A DNA stretch of 64,000 nt from Scenedesmus sp. PABB004 (taxonomy: Eukaryota): positions 248,001 to 312,000 of the forward strand of contig JABVCE010000013.1 in assembly GCA_014905635.1 (NCBI GenBank), in the 5' to 3' direction. Of this stretch, positions 1 through 11,750 are shown piece by piece (position 1 is the stretch's first letter; each line of letters begins with the position of its first letter). Below the pieces are notes generated by a model. That model made no database searches, was not told the origin of the DNA, and saw nothing but the letters and a program-made list of their open reading frames with translations. A program made the position numbers and the translations under genes.

Positions 1-129
1 CGGCGCGCCGCGCGGGCGCGGGGGCGCCGGGCGGCGGGCACGCGGCGCGGCGGCGCGGCCCCCGGCGGGCGGCAGCAGCGGTGGCGCCGCTCCGCGCCGC
101 GCCGCGCGCCGCGCGGAGCGCCGCCGCAC

Positions 130-312
130 CTGCATGCTGGTCAGGGAGGGCGCGTTGGTCATGCAGATGGGGCACTTGTACTTGGCGTGCCCCACGGCGC
201 CGCCCTTGCGGTCCTGGAGGCCGGCCTTGCCGCCGCCCATGTTGGTGGTCGCGGCGTGCACCTTGGCCTTGATTTCCGCGGCCGTGTGCTTGGCGGGCTT
301 GGCCTTCCCCAT
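130..312 (-). CDS. MBS1: METHYLENE BLUE SENSITIVITY C2H2 zinc-finger protein (singlet-oxygen signalling), first exon; gene continues past the left edge
   Basis: Translates MGKAKPAKHTAAEIKAKVHAATTNMGGGKAGLQDRKGGAVGHAKYKCPICMTNAPSLTSMQ, matching the plant/algal MBS N-terminus; GT donor at 129. Absent from the ORF track. Confidence 0.88.
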
Positions 313-1173
313 GGCGAGCGGCCGCGCTGGCGCGCTGGCGGGGGCGGGGCGGCGCGCGCTGCGCTGCCGGGCTCGTCCTGGCGGGCGCTCGCTCTCGCCT
401 GCTCGCGCGGCGGCGGTGTGTCACGCTGCGTCGGTGCTGTGAGATCGCACCGCGGGCGCGCGGGGCTGTGCGAGCGAGCGTCAAGCGCGGTTCTCCCTGC
501 TGCTGCTCACCTCAGTGCCCCGCCGCTACCCGCCGCTGCCACACGCCGGTCTGCCGACAACAACACTCGCCGCACCGACCGCCCTGACGCGCGCCAGCAG
601 AACGCGCGCAGCAGCAGCACCGTTTGGTCACAGTCGAAAGGCGCTGCTGCGGCGCCGCCACCCTCAGGTGCGTCCCCACGCTGCGTTCCGGCTGGCCGGG
701 TGGCCGCGGCGGCGGGGTCACTCGGCAACGGAGGCGCTGGCGGAGAAATCTCGAGGCGCTGCCTGCCCGCGCCGAGCACCGGCCACGCCAGGCGCAGCCG
801 GGCCCGGCAGGGGCCGTCCCGGACCCCCTTCGTGGCAGGGAGCGTGCGGGGCCGGGCGCCGCACCGCTCGTCGCGCGGCGGCGGGGCCAAACGCACGCGA
901 TGCTGCTGTCCCGGCTCTCCGGGCGCGCGCGCGGGGCCCCCGCGCCCCCCGATCGGGGCCCTTCGCTCACGCCCCCGCCGCACGCTGCCCGTCCGCCGCA
1001 GGCCACGCCCGGGCGGCGCCGGTGGGGCGGCAACAGCAGGGGACGGCGGCGCGGCGATACCCCGCTGCCGGGGCATCTCGCGCCCTTGGCCGCCCCCGGC
1101 GCGCCCCTACGCGCGCCCTGCGGTGCCCCGCGCGGGTCGGCGCGGGCGCGGACCGCAGCACGTGAGCGCAGCG

Positions 1174-3804
1174 ATGCCGCCGGCGGGCGCGGCGGCGCCG
1201 CCCGCCGAGGAGTGCGCCGCCGCGGCCGGCGGCGACCCCGCGGCGGCGGCGCCCGCGGCGCCCGCGGCGCCCGCGGCGCCCATGCGCCGCGTCGCGTCGG
1301 CGCCGGCGTTCAAGCACGCGCACGCGCACCCGGCGCCCCTGGGCGCGGCGGCGGTCGCGCTCGCGCAGGCCGACGCGGAGGCGGAGGCCGCCGCGCAGGC
1401 GGCGGCGGCAGCGGCCGGCGCCGCGCCGGGCAGCGGCCGCGGCGCCGGCGCGCCGGCGCGGCGCGGCCTCTTTGGCTGGCGCGCCGGCGCGGCGAGCGCG
1501 GCGCGCGCGCCTGGGCGGCGGCGGCGCCCGCCGCAGCGCGCGCGCCGGCGCCGCCGCCGCGCTGCGCGACGTGCGCGGGCGGGCGGTGCAGCTGCCTCGA
1601 GGTCTACGTCGTGAGCCGCGCGTTCAGCGAGTTTGGGGGCGACGTGATCAAGCGGCTGCCGCCCGAGGCGAAGCAGCACCTCGTCGACATTGGCATCTGC
1701 CACTACATGACCGTTTTCCGAACGCCCGACGGACAGCTCGTGCAGTTTGACTTTGGCCCGCTCGGCGGCGACGTGCAGAAGGCGCACGGCCCCGTCGCGG
1801 CGCTCCTGCGCCGCGCGCACGCCGCGGCCGCGGCGGCGCAGGCGGCGGCGCGCGGCGGCGCGGCGGCGCCGCAGCTCGCGTGCGCGGGCGCGGCTGGCGG
1901 CGGCAGCGGCGACGGCCGCGGCGGCGACGGCGGCGGCGGCGGGCGCGGCATGGCGCACAGCGCCTCTGTGCCGCTGCTGCTGCCGCTTGCGAGCCTCGAC
2001 CTGGCGGGCGAGGCGGGCGAGGCGGCCAGCGCCGCGATGCGCGGCCAGCTCCACCCGGCGCGCCCCAGGAAGTGAGAGCCCGCGCGGCTGCCTGCGCCTG
2101 CACCTGCGCCGCGCCCCGCCGGCGCGCACGCGGCCGCCCACACCGCTTGCCGCCGCCGCGCCGCGCCGCGCACGCCGCAGGGGCGTCGCGGGTGAGATCC
2201 GGGAGCGTGTGCTCGACCGCCTGCCGGCGGCGTGCATGTACATGGGCCGCACGCCGCTGAGCCTCGCCGACATTCGGTGCTACAACGCCGCCGCGCGCGA
2301 CCTCACCTACACGCTGCACGACAACGACTGCCGGCACTACGTCAACAGCCTCGTGCAGTACGCGACCGGCGTGGAGCGCAGCACGCAGCACCTCAAGCGC
2401 CACTATTTTGCCGCGCGCCACGCCGACAGGTGGCTGTGGTACGGCTGGCTCATCTCGGCGACGCAGCTCGTCACCGACGTCGGCAACTGGGGCCACGTGC
2501 AGGCGGGCGCGGCGGTCACGCTGCTCGCGGTCACCGGGCGCAGCACGCTGGCGCAGCTCAAGACGTTCGCGCTGCCCGCGCTGCCGGCGCTCGCAAAGTC
2601 GCTCGCGCCCGCTGCCGGCGCCGCGGGCGCGGGCGGCCTCGCGACGGGGCTCAAGCTGCCGGCGTCGCTGCTGCTCAAGCGCCCGCTGGCGGGCTCGGTC
2701 GCGGCCGCGGGCAGCGCCGGCGCGGCGGCGGCCGCCATCCGCACCGCGCCCGCGGGCGCGGCCGACGCGGCGGCCAGCGGCGGCGGCGGCAGCTGGGGCC
2801 ACCCGCTGCGGCAGTGGCGCGACGGCGTCGGCCAGGGGCTCAAGGGCGCGGCGACAGCGGCGCTCTCGCTGCGCAGCGCGGCGCTGGGCCACGTGTCGGC
2901 GGTGCAGCAGCTCAACCCCGTGCGCGCGGCGGCCGCCGCCGCCGGCGGCGGCGCCCGCGGCGGCTGGCTGGGCCGCGCGCGGCGCGAGGGCGCGCTCGCG
3001 CCCGCCGCCGCGGCGCTCGCGGCCGCGCCGTCGCTGCCGACCAGCCCCACCGCGGCGCAGGCGCGGCGCAGCAGCGGCGGCGGCAGCGCGTTCAGCTCCT
3101 CTGGCGGCTCGGACGCGGACGCGGCGCAGCGGCGCCGCAGCGGCAGCGAGCGCGGCGCCAGCGGCGCCAGCGGCGACAGGGGCGACAGGGGCGGCTTCAT
3201 CTCTGGCCTGGGGCAGCAGTTCGGCCGGCACGTGGTGTGGCTGGGCTCCTCTGCCGCGCGCGCGACCGGCGCCATCGCGGTCCTGGCCGGCCGCCAGGTC
3301 GGATACCTGGTCGGCGGCGCGCGCGGCGCGCCCGGCGCGGCAGCGGCCGCCGCGGCGCTCGGCAGCGGCGCGGCGGGCCTGTCGCACAGCCCGAGCACGG
3401 CCAGCCTGCTGCGCGGCGTGGCGCGCGAGCGCGAGGCGGCGGCGCGCGGCGGCGGCGGCGCCGGCAGCGGCGGCATCGGGCGCAGCCGCTCGGCGCCGTC
3501 GCTGGCGGTCGTCGCCGCGGGCAGCGGCGGCGGCGGCGGCGGCCCGGCGGGGCCGGCGGGCGCGCCGCCGCACGCCGTCCCGATGCCGCCCGCCGGCAGC
3601 GCGCCGCAGCCGCAGCCCTTTGTCGCCTTTGTGGGCAGCCCCGCGCACGACGACGCGCTGCTGCTGGGCGGCGGCTGCGGCGGCAGCCTGACGTGCACCA
3701 GCGTCGGCGGCCGGCCGAGCGGCGTCGGGCGGCAGGTGCTCAACCTGCCCGCGCCGCGCCTCTCGTGGGGCCGGCGTGCCAGCCAGGCCGTGATTGTGGG
3801 CTAA
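1174..3804 (+). CDS. Uncharacterised protein with a putative permuted papain-like (PPPDE/LRAT-type) His...Cys core and Ala/Gly-rich tail; apparent frameshift near 1500
   Basis: Motifs GICHYMTVF...QFDFGP and YTLHDNDCRHYVNSL; GT-AG intron about 2072-2180; frame changes within a (GC)n run at about 1495-1511. Confidence 0.6.
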
Positions 3805-4762
3805 CCAGCGCACGGCGACCCGGGCGTGCAGCGGCGCACGCGCCGCACCACACGCACCCGCGGCGCCCTCGCGGGCGCTGCAGACACGGGCCGGGGGTGC
3901 GGCGCTGCTGTGATCTGCAGCGGCTGCACGGCGGCGGGGGGAGGGGGGGGACGGGCGGGCGGCACGCCTCTGTGGCAAGCGGCGGCGCCCAAACTGCATC
4001 CATCCATCCACTGGGGGCTGCCCACAACTGCAAGAGCTGTGCGTGCATCATGCGTGGGCGCCGCACGGCGGCACTCTCGACTCGCGGCCCCCAGCCGAGC
4101 GCGGCGCGCTCGGGCGCGGGGGAGGCCGTCGACGCGGCGCAGCGCTCCTGCGAGCGCGCCCCGCCGCGTGCGTGTGCGTGTGGATGTGTGTGCGTGTATT
4201 TGTCACAGGTAGGGTCCTCGGCCGTCGCGCGCTCGGTGCTCGGTGCAGACCCGGTCCGGGTCCGCCGCCGAGGGCGCGGGGCCCTGCGCATTGCTGCGGC
4301 GCCGGCCCACCATTCGGGCGCGCGCCGCTGACAAGTTTTGCGAGCGCGGGGATCGTGACGGCGGCGGCTCGCTCGCTGGGGGTGACCGCGCCGGTCCGCG
4401 TCGCGCAGCGCGCCGCCGCCGGTGCCGCCGCTGCCGCCGGCCCGCCAGGCCGCCGCGCCGCACCGGCGATGACGCGGCGGTCGCGCGCGTGACCAGGTAC
4501 GCTGCGGGCGGGCGGCAGAGATCGCGCACCGAGCTGCGACGTGCAGTAACACCGCGACGTGCCCCCGATCATTTGCGCGCTCGCCGCCGGTCAATTAAGC
4601 GGCCCCCGCTCTCGCCTCCCGCCACACGCGACGCCCCGCCCGTCACGCGCGCCTGCACCGCGCCTGCACCCGCACCCCCGGTGCCTCTGCTGCTGCTGCC
4701 GCCCTCGCCGGCGCGGCCACTCCCCGCGCCACCGCCCCCCGCCCCTCGGCCCAGCACATCCG

Positions 4763-6996
4763 ATGGCGCTCACCGCGACCGCGCAGGCGCAGAGCTGCGC
4801 CGCTCGCTCGCCCGCCGTCAAGGCGCGCCGCTCCGCCGTCGTCGCGCGCGTGGCTGCCGTGGAGAAGAGCAAGGTGCGACCCCGCACCCGCCACGGCGCC
4901 GGATCTCGGACAATGCGCCGCCCAGAGGCGGCCCGCAGCAGCAGCGCGATGCCCCGCGCCCCGGCCCCGACCGCGGCCATGCGCGGCGCGGGGCGGGCCC
5001 AGGGGGCATGGGCGGCCCACCCGCCGGCCGCCCGGCATCTGCCCACCATCGCCGCGCGCGCGCGCCGCGCCGCGCCCGATCTCGCCGCGCGCCGCTGCTG
5101 CGCCGCCGCTGCCGCCGCACCGCCGCCGCACCGCCGCCCCACGCCGCCGCCGCACCGCCGCCGCCGCGCCGCGCAGCCGATGAACTGGACCGAGAACTAC
5201 ATCGCGGAGGTGCCCAAGTCGCTGCTGCGCCCGGGCGTCGACACCGACGACACCGTGCGCGCCCAGTTTGAGCGGACCATCCGCGACGCCCAGGACTCCA
5301 TCTGCAAGGCCATCAGCGACATCGACGGCAAGCCCTTCCACCAGGTGCGGCCCGGCGCGGGCGCTGCCGGCCGGGGCTGCGCCGCGCCGCGTCGGCCCGT
5401 CGCGTGCCGCGCTGCGCCGGCCCTCTCACGCCCCTCTCACGCCGCGCCGCGCCGCGCCGCGGGCCGCAGGACGCGTGGACGCGCGAGGACGGCGGCGGCG
5501 GCATCACACGCGTGCTCGTCGACGGCAACGTGTGGGAGAAGGCGGGCGTCAACGTGAGCGTCGTGTATGGCAGCATGCCGCCCGAGGCCTACCGCGCCGC
5601 CGCGGGCACGCCGCCGGCGGAGCTTGAGAACGCCAAGGCCCAGGGCGGCCGGGTGCCGTTTTTCGCGGCCGGCATCAGCAGCGTGATGCACCCGCGCAAC
5701 CCGCACTGCCCCACGATGCACTTCAACTACAGGCGCGCGCCCCGGGGCAGCACCGCCAAGCGGCGCGCGCCCGTCCGCCGCCCGCCTCGCCCCCGCGCGC
5801 TGCGCCGCCCACGCCCCGCCCCGCCCCGCCCCCGCGCCGCCGCGCGCCCCCTTCCCCGCCCCGCCCCGCGCCGCCCTCCCCGCGCCGCAGGTTCTTCCAG
5901 ACCGAGGAGTGGAACGGCATCCCCGGGCAGTGGTGGTTTGGCGGCGGCACCGACATCACGCCCTGCTACGTCGTGCCGGAGGACCTGAAGCACTTCCACG
6001 GCACCTACAAGGCCGTCTGCGACAGGCGAGCACCACCCGCGCGCCGCTGCCGCGCCGCCGCGCCCTGCCGCCAGCGCGCGCCCGCCCGCGCTCAAAAACG
6101 CGCTCCAAACACTACTAATCAAACAGCTTCGCCCACCCCGCCCACCCCGCTGCCCCGCCCCGCCGCTGGCGCTGCCCCGCAGGCACGACCCCGCGTTCTA
6201 CCCCAAGTTCAAGGCCTGGTGCGACGAGTACTTCATGATCAAGCACCGCAAGGAGACGCGCGGCCTGGGCGGCATCTTCTTCGATGACCTCAACGACAGG
6301 CGCGCGGCGGCGGGGCAGGGGGGGGGGGGGGGGGGGGGGAGGAGCCCCGGGGGGGCGCGGCGCCGCGGCGGCGCGGGCCGCGGGGCGCTGCCCGGCGGCG
6401 GGCGGCGCCCGGCGCGCGGCGCGCGGGCAGCGGGGGAAGGGGAGAGAGCCCCGCGCCGCGCTCACGCGCCCGCACCCGCCGCCCCCGCCGCGCAGGCCGG
6501 CGGAGCAGATCCTCGCGTTCAGCAAGGAGTGCGTGAACAGCGTCGTCGACGCGTACTGCCCCATCGTGGTGCGGCACAAGGACGACGCGTTCACGGAGGA
6601 GCAGAAGCAGTGGCAGCAGATCCGCCGCGGCAGGCGCGCGCCGCCGCGCCGCGCCGCGCGCCGCTGCCCGCGGCCGCCGCGCCGCCGCCCGCGCGCCCTG
6701 CTCCGCCTCCCCGCGCGCGCGCGTGCGCGCCGCCGCCGCCGCCGCGCGCGGCTCACCGCGCCGCCCCTTGCGCCCCCGCCCGCCCCGTGCCCCGTGCCCC
6801 GCCCGGCAGGTACGTGGAGTTCAACCTCGTGTACGACCGCGGCACCACGTTTGGGCTGAAGACGGGCGGGCGCATCGAGTCGATCCTCATGTCGATGCCC
6901 CTCACCAGCCGCTGGGAGTACTGCCACGAGCCCGCGCCGGGCAGCCCCGAGGCCGACTTCCTCGACGCCGCGCGCCACGCGCGCAACTGGGTGTGA
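4763..6996 (+). CDS. CPX1: Oxygen-dependent coproporphyrinogen III oxidase, plastid-targeted, 7 exons
   Basis: [80 protein letters not shown]; exons about 4763-4873, 5177-5344, 5470-5732, 5891-6025, 6183-6299, 6496-6633, 6810-6996. Confidence 0.97.
6318..6339. repeat. Intronic G22 homopolymer (also G22 at 48547-48568 and G13 at 11649-11661)
   Basis: Read directly from the sequence. Confidence 0.9.
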
Positions 6997-7589
6997 GCGC
7001 CTGGCACGGGCGGCGCGCGCGGCGAGGGCCGCGCGCTGTGGGCGGGCCGGGCCGGCCGTGCGGCGGGCGGCGGCCCCGGACGCGGCGGGGGCGGGCGGGC
7101 GGGCGGGAGGGCAGGCGGGGGCGGGCGGCCCTGCAGGCGCAGGGCGGCCCGCGGTCTCTCTGCTCTGGGGCGCACGCCCGCGTGCGTGGGGAGCGCGGTG
7201 GGGGCGGGGGGCGCAGATTCGCGCCCGGTCGCCCGTGCAGGTTTCTGGCGGCGCAGCGGGGGCGCGCGGGGGCGGGCGCTGGGCTCTGGCGCCGGTGGTC
7301 ACCGGCGCGGCGGCGCCACGCCGCGCGGCGCGCGCGCCAGTCAGCGCGCGGTCGAGCGCCGCGCGCTGCAAGGCGGCCGCCGCCGGGCATTTTGGCTCGC
7401 GATGCAGGGCAGATGTTGACTGTGTGTACTGTCCGCCGCCTCTGCGCGGCGCCCTGACGGCCTCGGTGTGACGCCCAACTGTCCCGTCCCCCGGCCGCGC
7501 CGCGCCGCGCCGCGGACCAGAGTTACGCTCGACAGCGACAGCACAAAGCGCGCCCCGCGCCGCGCCGCGCCGCCCGATACTACGCCCGC

Positions 7590-9397
7590 TCAGCCGCGCG
7601 TGGCGAGCACGAGCTGGGTCTGGTCGTCGCGCGCGATGCCCATGTGAAGGTCGATGTCGGTGCGGCTGCGCCAGCCGCGCTCCTCCGCGATGGCCTTGTC
7701 CAGGACCACCTCCTCGAAACGCTTGCCGTTCTCAATCCTGCGCGCGTGACGGCCGCGCGCGGCGTGTCAGCGCGCGCGCGCGTGGAGCGTAGGGGGTGGG
7801 CGGGAGTGGGCGCGGGCGGCAGCGGGCCGCGCGCGGCGCGGCGCTGCGCTGCGCTGCGCGGCGCGCCTGTGCTCCGCGGCGAGCGCGGCGTAGTTGTCCG
7901 CCGACGCGGCGACAAAGCCCTTCTCCTCGGCGGAGAGTTTCCGCAGCAGCTTGGCGGGCGCGCCCGCCCACACCTCGCCGCTCTTGACGACCGAGCCTGC
8001 GCGGCGCGCGCGGCGCGCGCGGGCGCGCGCCGCGTCGGCGCGCGAGCGCGCGGCTGCTGCGCGCCCTGCTGCCGGCGCGCCTCCCGGGCGGCGACGCGCA
8101 CGCCTGCGCCGCGCGCACGCACCCGGCGGCACCACTGCGCCCGCTGCCACGATGCTGCCCGGCTCCATCACCACGCCGTCCAGCAGGGTCGCGCCCATGC
8201 CGACCTGAGAGATGCAGGCGGGGGCGGCGGCGCGAGCCCGCGCGTCGACCAAGCGCGGCACATGGGCGTACGCTGCCGCGGCAGGCGTGCGGGCGGGCGC
8301 GCGGCGCGGCGCGGCGCGCACCAGGCAGCCGTCGCCGATCTTGCAGGCGTGCAGCGTCGCGCCGTGGCCGACGGTGACCGACGCGCCGATGACGGTCGGC
8401 GCCGGCGCGGCCGACGCGGCGCTGTGGCGCGCGACGTGCACGACGACGTTGTCCTGGATGTTGGTCTTGTCGCCCACGACGATGGCGTTGATGTCGCCTG
8501 ACGGCGGCGGGCGCGCGGGCGGGCGCCGTGGGCGCGCGGGATGAGCGCGCGCCGTCGCCCGCGCCCCGCGCCGGCGCGCCGCCGCTGCCAGGCCCGCCGC
8601 CGCCGCCGCGCCGCCGCTCAACCCCGACCCCGCGGAGGCTCTCTCACCTCGCAGCACGGCGCCGTACCAGACCGAGGCGAGCGCGCCGAGCGTGACGTTG
8701 CCGAGCAGCTTGGCGTTGGGCGCGACAAACACGCCCTCGCCCTTGAGCGGCGACACGATGTCAAACGGCGCGCTCTCGCGCACGCGCGGGTTGAACGGCA
8801 CCCGCTGCTGCACGCCCGCCGACTTGACGTCAGCGCTCGCCTCAAACGGCATCCACGCGGTGTTGGGCGCGACTGCGGGCGGCGCGCGGCGCGGCGGCCG
8901 CTGGGCGCGGCGCGCGCGGGCCGCGCGCGGCGCGCGGCGCGCCCCCGCGCCGCGCGATCGCGGGCGCCGGCGACTACTGGCGCTCCGGCGCACGCCGCCG
9001 GCGCTCCGCGGCCGCCCGCCTCCGCCGGCCGGCGGCGGCGGCGCCGCCGGCGCGCGAGCAGCGGCGGCAGCGCCGGCGCCGGCGCTGCCGTCGCCGCGCC
9101 GCGCGCGCCGCTCGCCGGCCGGGCTCGCCGCGCCGGCTGGGGCTGGATCCGCCGCCGGACCGCCCGCTCGGCGCCCCAGGCACCCGAATGGGCGCCCCCT
9201 CGCGCGCGGGCGGGCGGCAGCAGCGCGCCATCCCACTCACGCGCGTCCTGCTTGGCGAAGGGGCCCTGCACCGCCGCGCCCAGGCTGTCCAGCGCGCCGC
9301 CCAGGCCCCGCATCATGCCACCGAGCGCGTAGAGCGTGCGGCCGATCGCGTCCTTCGGCTTTGGCCACCGCCCCAGGTACACCACCCGGGCGCTCAT
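7590..9397 (-). CDS. Gamma carbonic anhydrase (mitochondrial complex I type), 6 exons
   Basis: Hexapeptide repeats FVAPNAKLLGNVTLG, SVWYGAVLRGDINAIVVGDKTNIQDNVVVH, VTVGHGATLHAC (three His ligands present), VGMGATLLDG, EVWAGAPAK. Confidence 0.92.
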
Positions 9398-9698
9398 GCT
9401 GACGGCCCACAGCCGCCGCGCCTGCCGACGCTGCGCCCGTGCCCGCCGCGCCCCGCCTGGGCCGGGCGCCTGCTGCTGCCGCGGCGATCGAAGCGGCCTG
9501 CTGGCCCGCGTCTCGCGCAGACGCGTCGCGGGTGCTGCGTTCGAGGGCACCGACAGACCTGCCGCGGCGCCGAGGGGCCGTGGGGTGCCAACGGCACCGC
9601 GCGGCGCGCGGCCAACCCTCGCCACCGGGCCCTGCCGCCGGCGCCGCCCGCTGCGCGCCGGCGCCGGTGTCGCGCGGCGGCGCGTGCGAACGCCGCGC

Positions 9699-9703
9699 TT
9701 ACA
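9699..9703 (-). terminator. TGTAA polyadenylation signal (SULP2)
   Basis: TTACA on the plus strand, about 30 nt past the stop at 9735. Confidence 0.5.
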
Positions 9704-9734
9704 GGCGCGGCCCGCCGCCGCTGCGCCCCTTCCC

Positions 9735-11554
9735 CTACTTGGCCGCCTCTGCGGCGGCCGCCTGCTCGACCTTGTCCTTCACCCAGAGCGTGCAGAGCGC
9801 GAGCACCGACAGCAGCACCGCCGCCGCAAACGCGGCCTCGCTGTTGTACTCCTTGTACGCGCTCTCCACAAACAGCGTCAGCGTCTGCGTGCGACCGATG
9901 ATGTTGCCTGCGACGGAAGTGGGCCAGCCGGCCGCGGGGCGGGTGTGAGCCGCGCGTCGGCGCGGGCGTGCGCACGGGCGGAGGCGGCGGCGGCGCGGCG
10001 GCGCACCCGAGATGACGCTGACGGCGCCAAACTCGCCCATCGCGCGCGCGTTGGTGAGGATGACGCCGTAGAGCAGCCCCCACCGGATGTTGGGCAGCGT
10101 GACGTGCCAGAACACCTGCGCGCGGCCGGCGCGACCGCGCGGCGGGCCGGTCAGCACGGCCCGGCCGCCGCGCCGCGCGGCCGCGCGGCGCCCGCGCCCG
10201 CGCCCGCGCCCCCGGCCGCCGCGGCGCGCGCCTGCAGCGGGTTGGCGCCGAGCGAGCGCGCCGCCTCCTCCTGCGCGAGGTCCATCTGCTCCAGCGTGGG
10301 GATGAGCTCGCGCACGATGAAGGGCAGCGTCACAAACATCGTCGCCAGCGCCATGCCTGCGCCGCGCGGCGGCGCGCGGCGGCGCGTGCTCGGCGGGGCG
10401 CGCGAGCGCGCGCGCGTCCGTCCTGCGAGAGCGCGCGCGGCTGTCCTGCAAGAGCGCGCGCCGCGCCGCGCCGCGCCGCGCACCCGGGAAGGCAAACACG
10501 ATGTTCCAGCCGTTGTCCGCGAGCGCCTGGGCGAACCAGCCGGACCGGCCGTAGAGCAGCATGAGCATGAGCCCCGTCACGACGGGCGAGATGGAGAACG
10601 GCAGGTCCAGCAGCGACAGCAGCAGCACCTGCGGCGCGGCGGCGGCGGCGCTCGCGGCCGGCGCGTGCCGCGCCGCGTGCCGGGGCTGCATCATCCTCCC
10701 CGCCCGCGGCGCCGCCGCCGCCGCCGGTGCCGATCACCGCTGCGCACCTTGCCGGGGAACTCGTTGCGCGTGATGAGGATCGCGGCGACCGTGCCGAACA
10801 GCGTGTTCAGCGGCACCGAGATCGCGGCGAGCATGAGCGTGAGCTTGGTCGCGTGGATGAAGTCGTGCTCCATCACCGCCTCCAGGAACGGCCCCGCGCC
10901 CTTGGCAAACGCCTGCGAAGACGGCGGCGCGCCCGCGGCGTGGGCGGCGCGAGCGGCGTGAGCGGCGCGAGCGGCGCGAGTCGCGCCGGCAGCGCGCGGC
11001 GCTGCCGAGCGGGCTTGCCGACCTGGATGAAGACGTTGACGAAGGGCAGGATGACGGTGAGCACGATGTAGGCGAGCGCGATGCCCAGCAGCACCTTCTT
11101 CGGCAGCGTGTCCACCTGCGGCGCGGACCGGCGGTCAGCGGCAGCACAGCAGCGGGCGCTCACGCGACCCGCGCCGGCCTCCCCCGCCGCGCCGGCGGGG
11201 CGGCAGCGATCCCCTGGCACGGCGGGCCTGGTCCCCACGCCCCACGCCTGCGCACGCGCTGCCGGGCCTCACCGGCTCGCCGCGGCCGCCGCTGTGCCCG
11301 CCCATGCCGCCTGCCGGCCCCGAAGCGCGTATCACGAGCCGCCGACGGCTGCGTTCCGGGGCGCTCCGCACGGCTGCCAGTATGCCAGAGCTCTGGGGCT
11401 GCCGGCCGGGTGCGCACGCGCCCGCGCTGCGCTGGAATGCGGCCGAGTGCGGCGTGCTGCTGCTGCAGCACGCGCACGGCCGCGCGCTGGCGGCGCGCCC
11501 GCTCGCCCGGCGCGCCGCCAGCGACGCGCTGTCGGAGGCCGCCAGCGCCTGCAT
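9735..11554 (-). CDS. SULP2: Chloroplast sulfate ABC transporter permease, CysW-type
   Basis: Ala/Ser/Arg-rich transit-like N-terminus; LLDLPFSISPVVTGLM, FVTLPFIVRE, EAA loop QEEAARSLGANPLQVFWHVTLPNIRWG, ARAMGEFGAV. Confidence 0.93.
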
Positions 11555-11750
11555 GGCGGCGGCGGCGCCCGGGCGCCTGATGCTCCTCGCGCGGGCCCGA
11601 GCGGCGGCGGACGGCTGCTGCTGATCGCGTGTGCTGAAGCTTGCAGCTGGGGGGGGGGGGGACTGGGGCTGGGAGACTGCGTCTGCCTGCGCGTGGTGCC
11701 GATCACACCATCGACGCGCCGGCACTGCCGCCGCGGCAGGGCCCAGGGTT

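Noticed and set aside
4497..4500. GTAC copper-response core upstream of CPX1
   Set aside because: A single 4-mer in about 950 bp is expected by chance; it cannot be supported without expression data.
130..6996. Functional clustering of MBS1 (singlet oxygen) with CPX1 (porphyrin synthesis)
   Set aside because: An unrelated gene lies between them and no shared regulatory element is visible.
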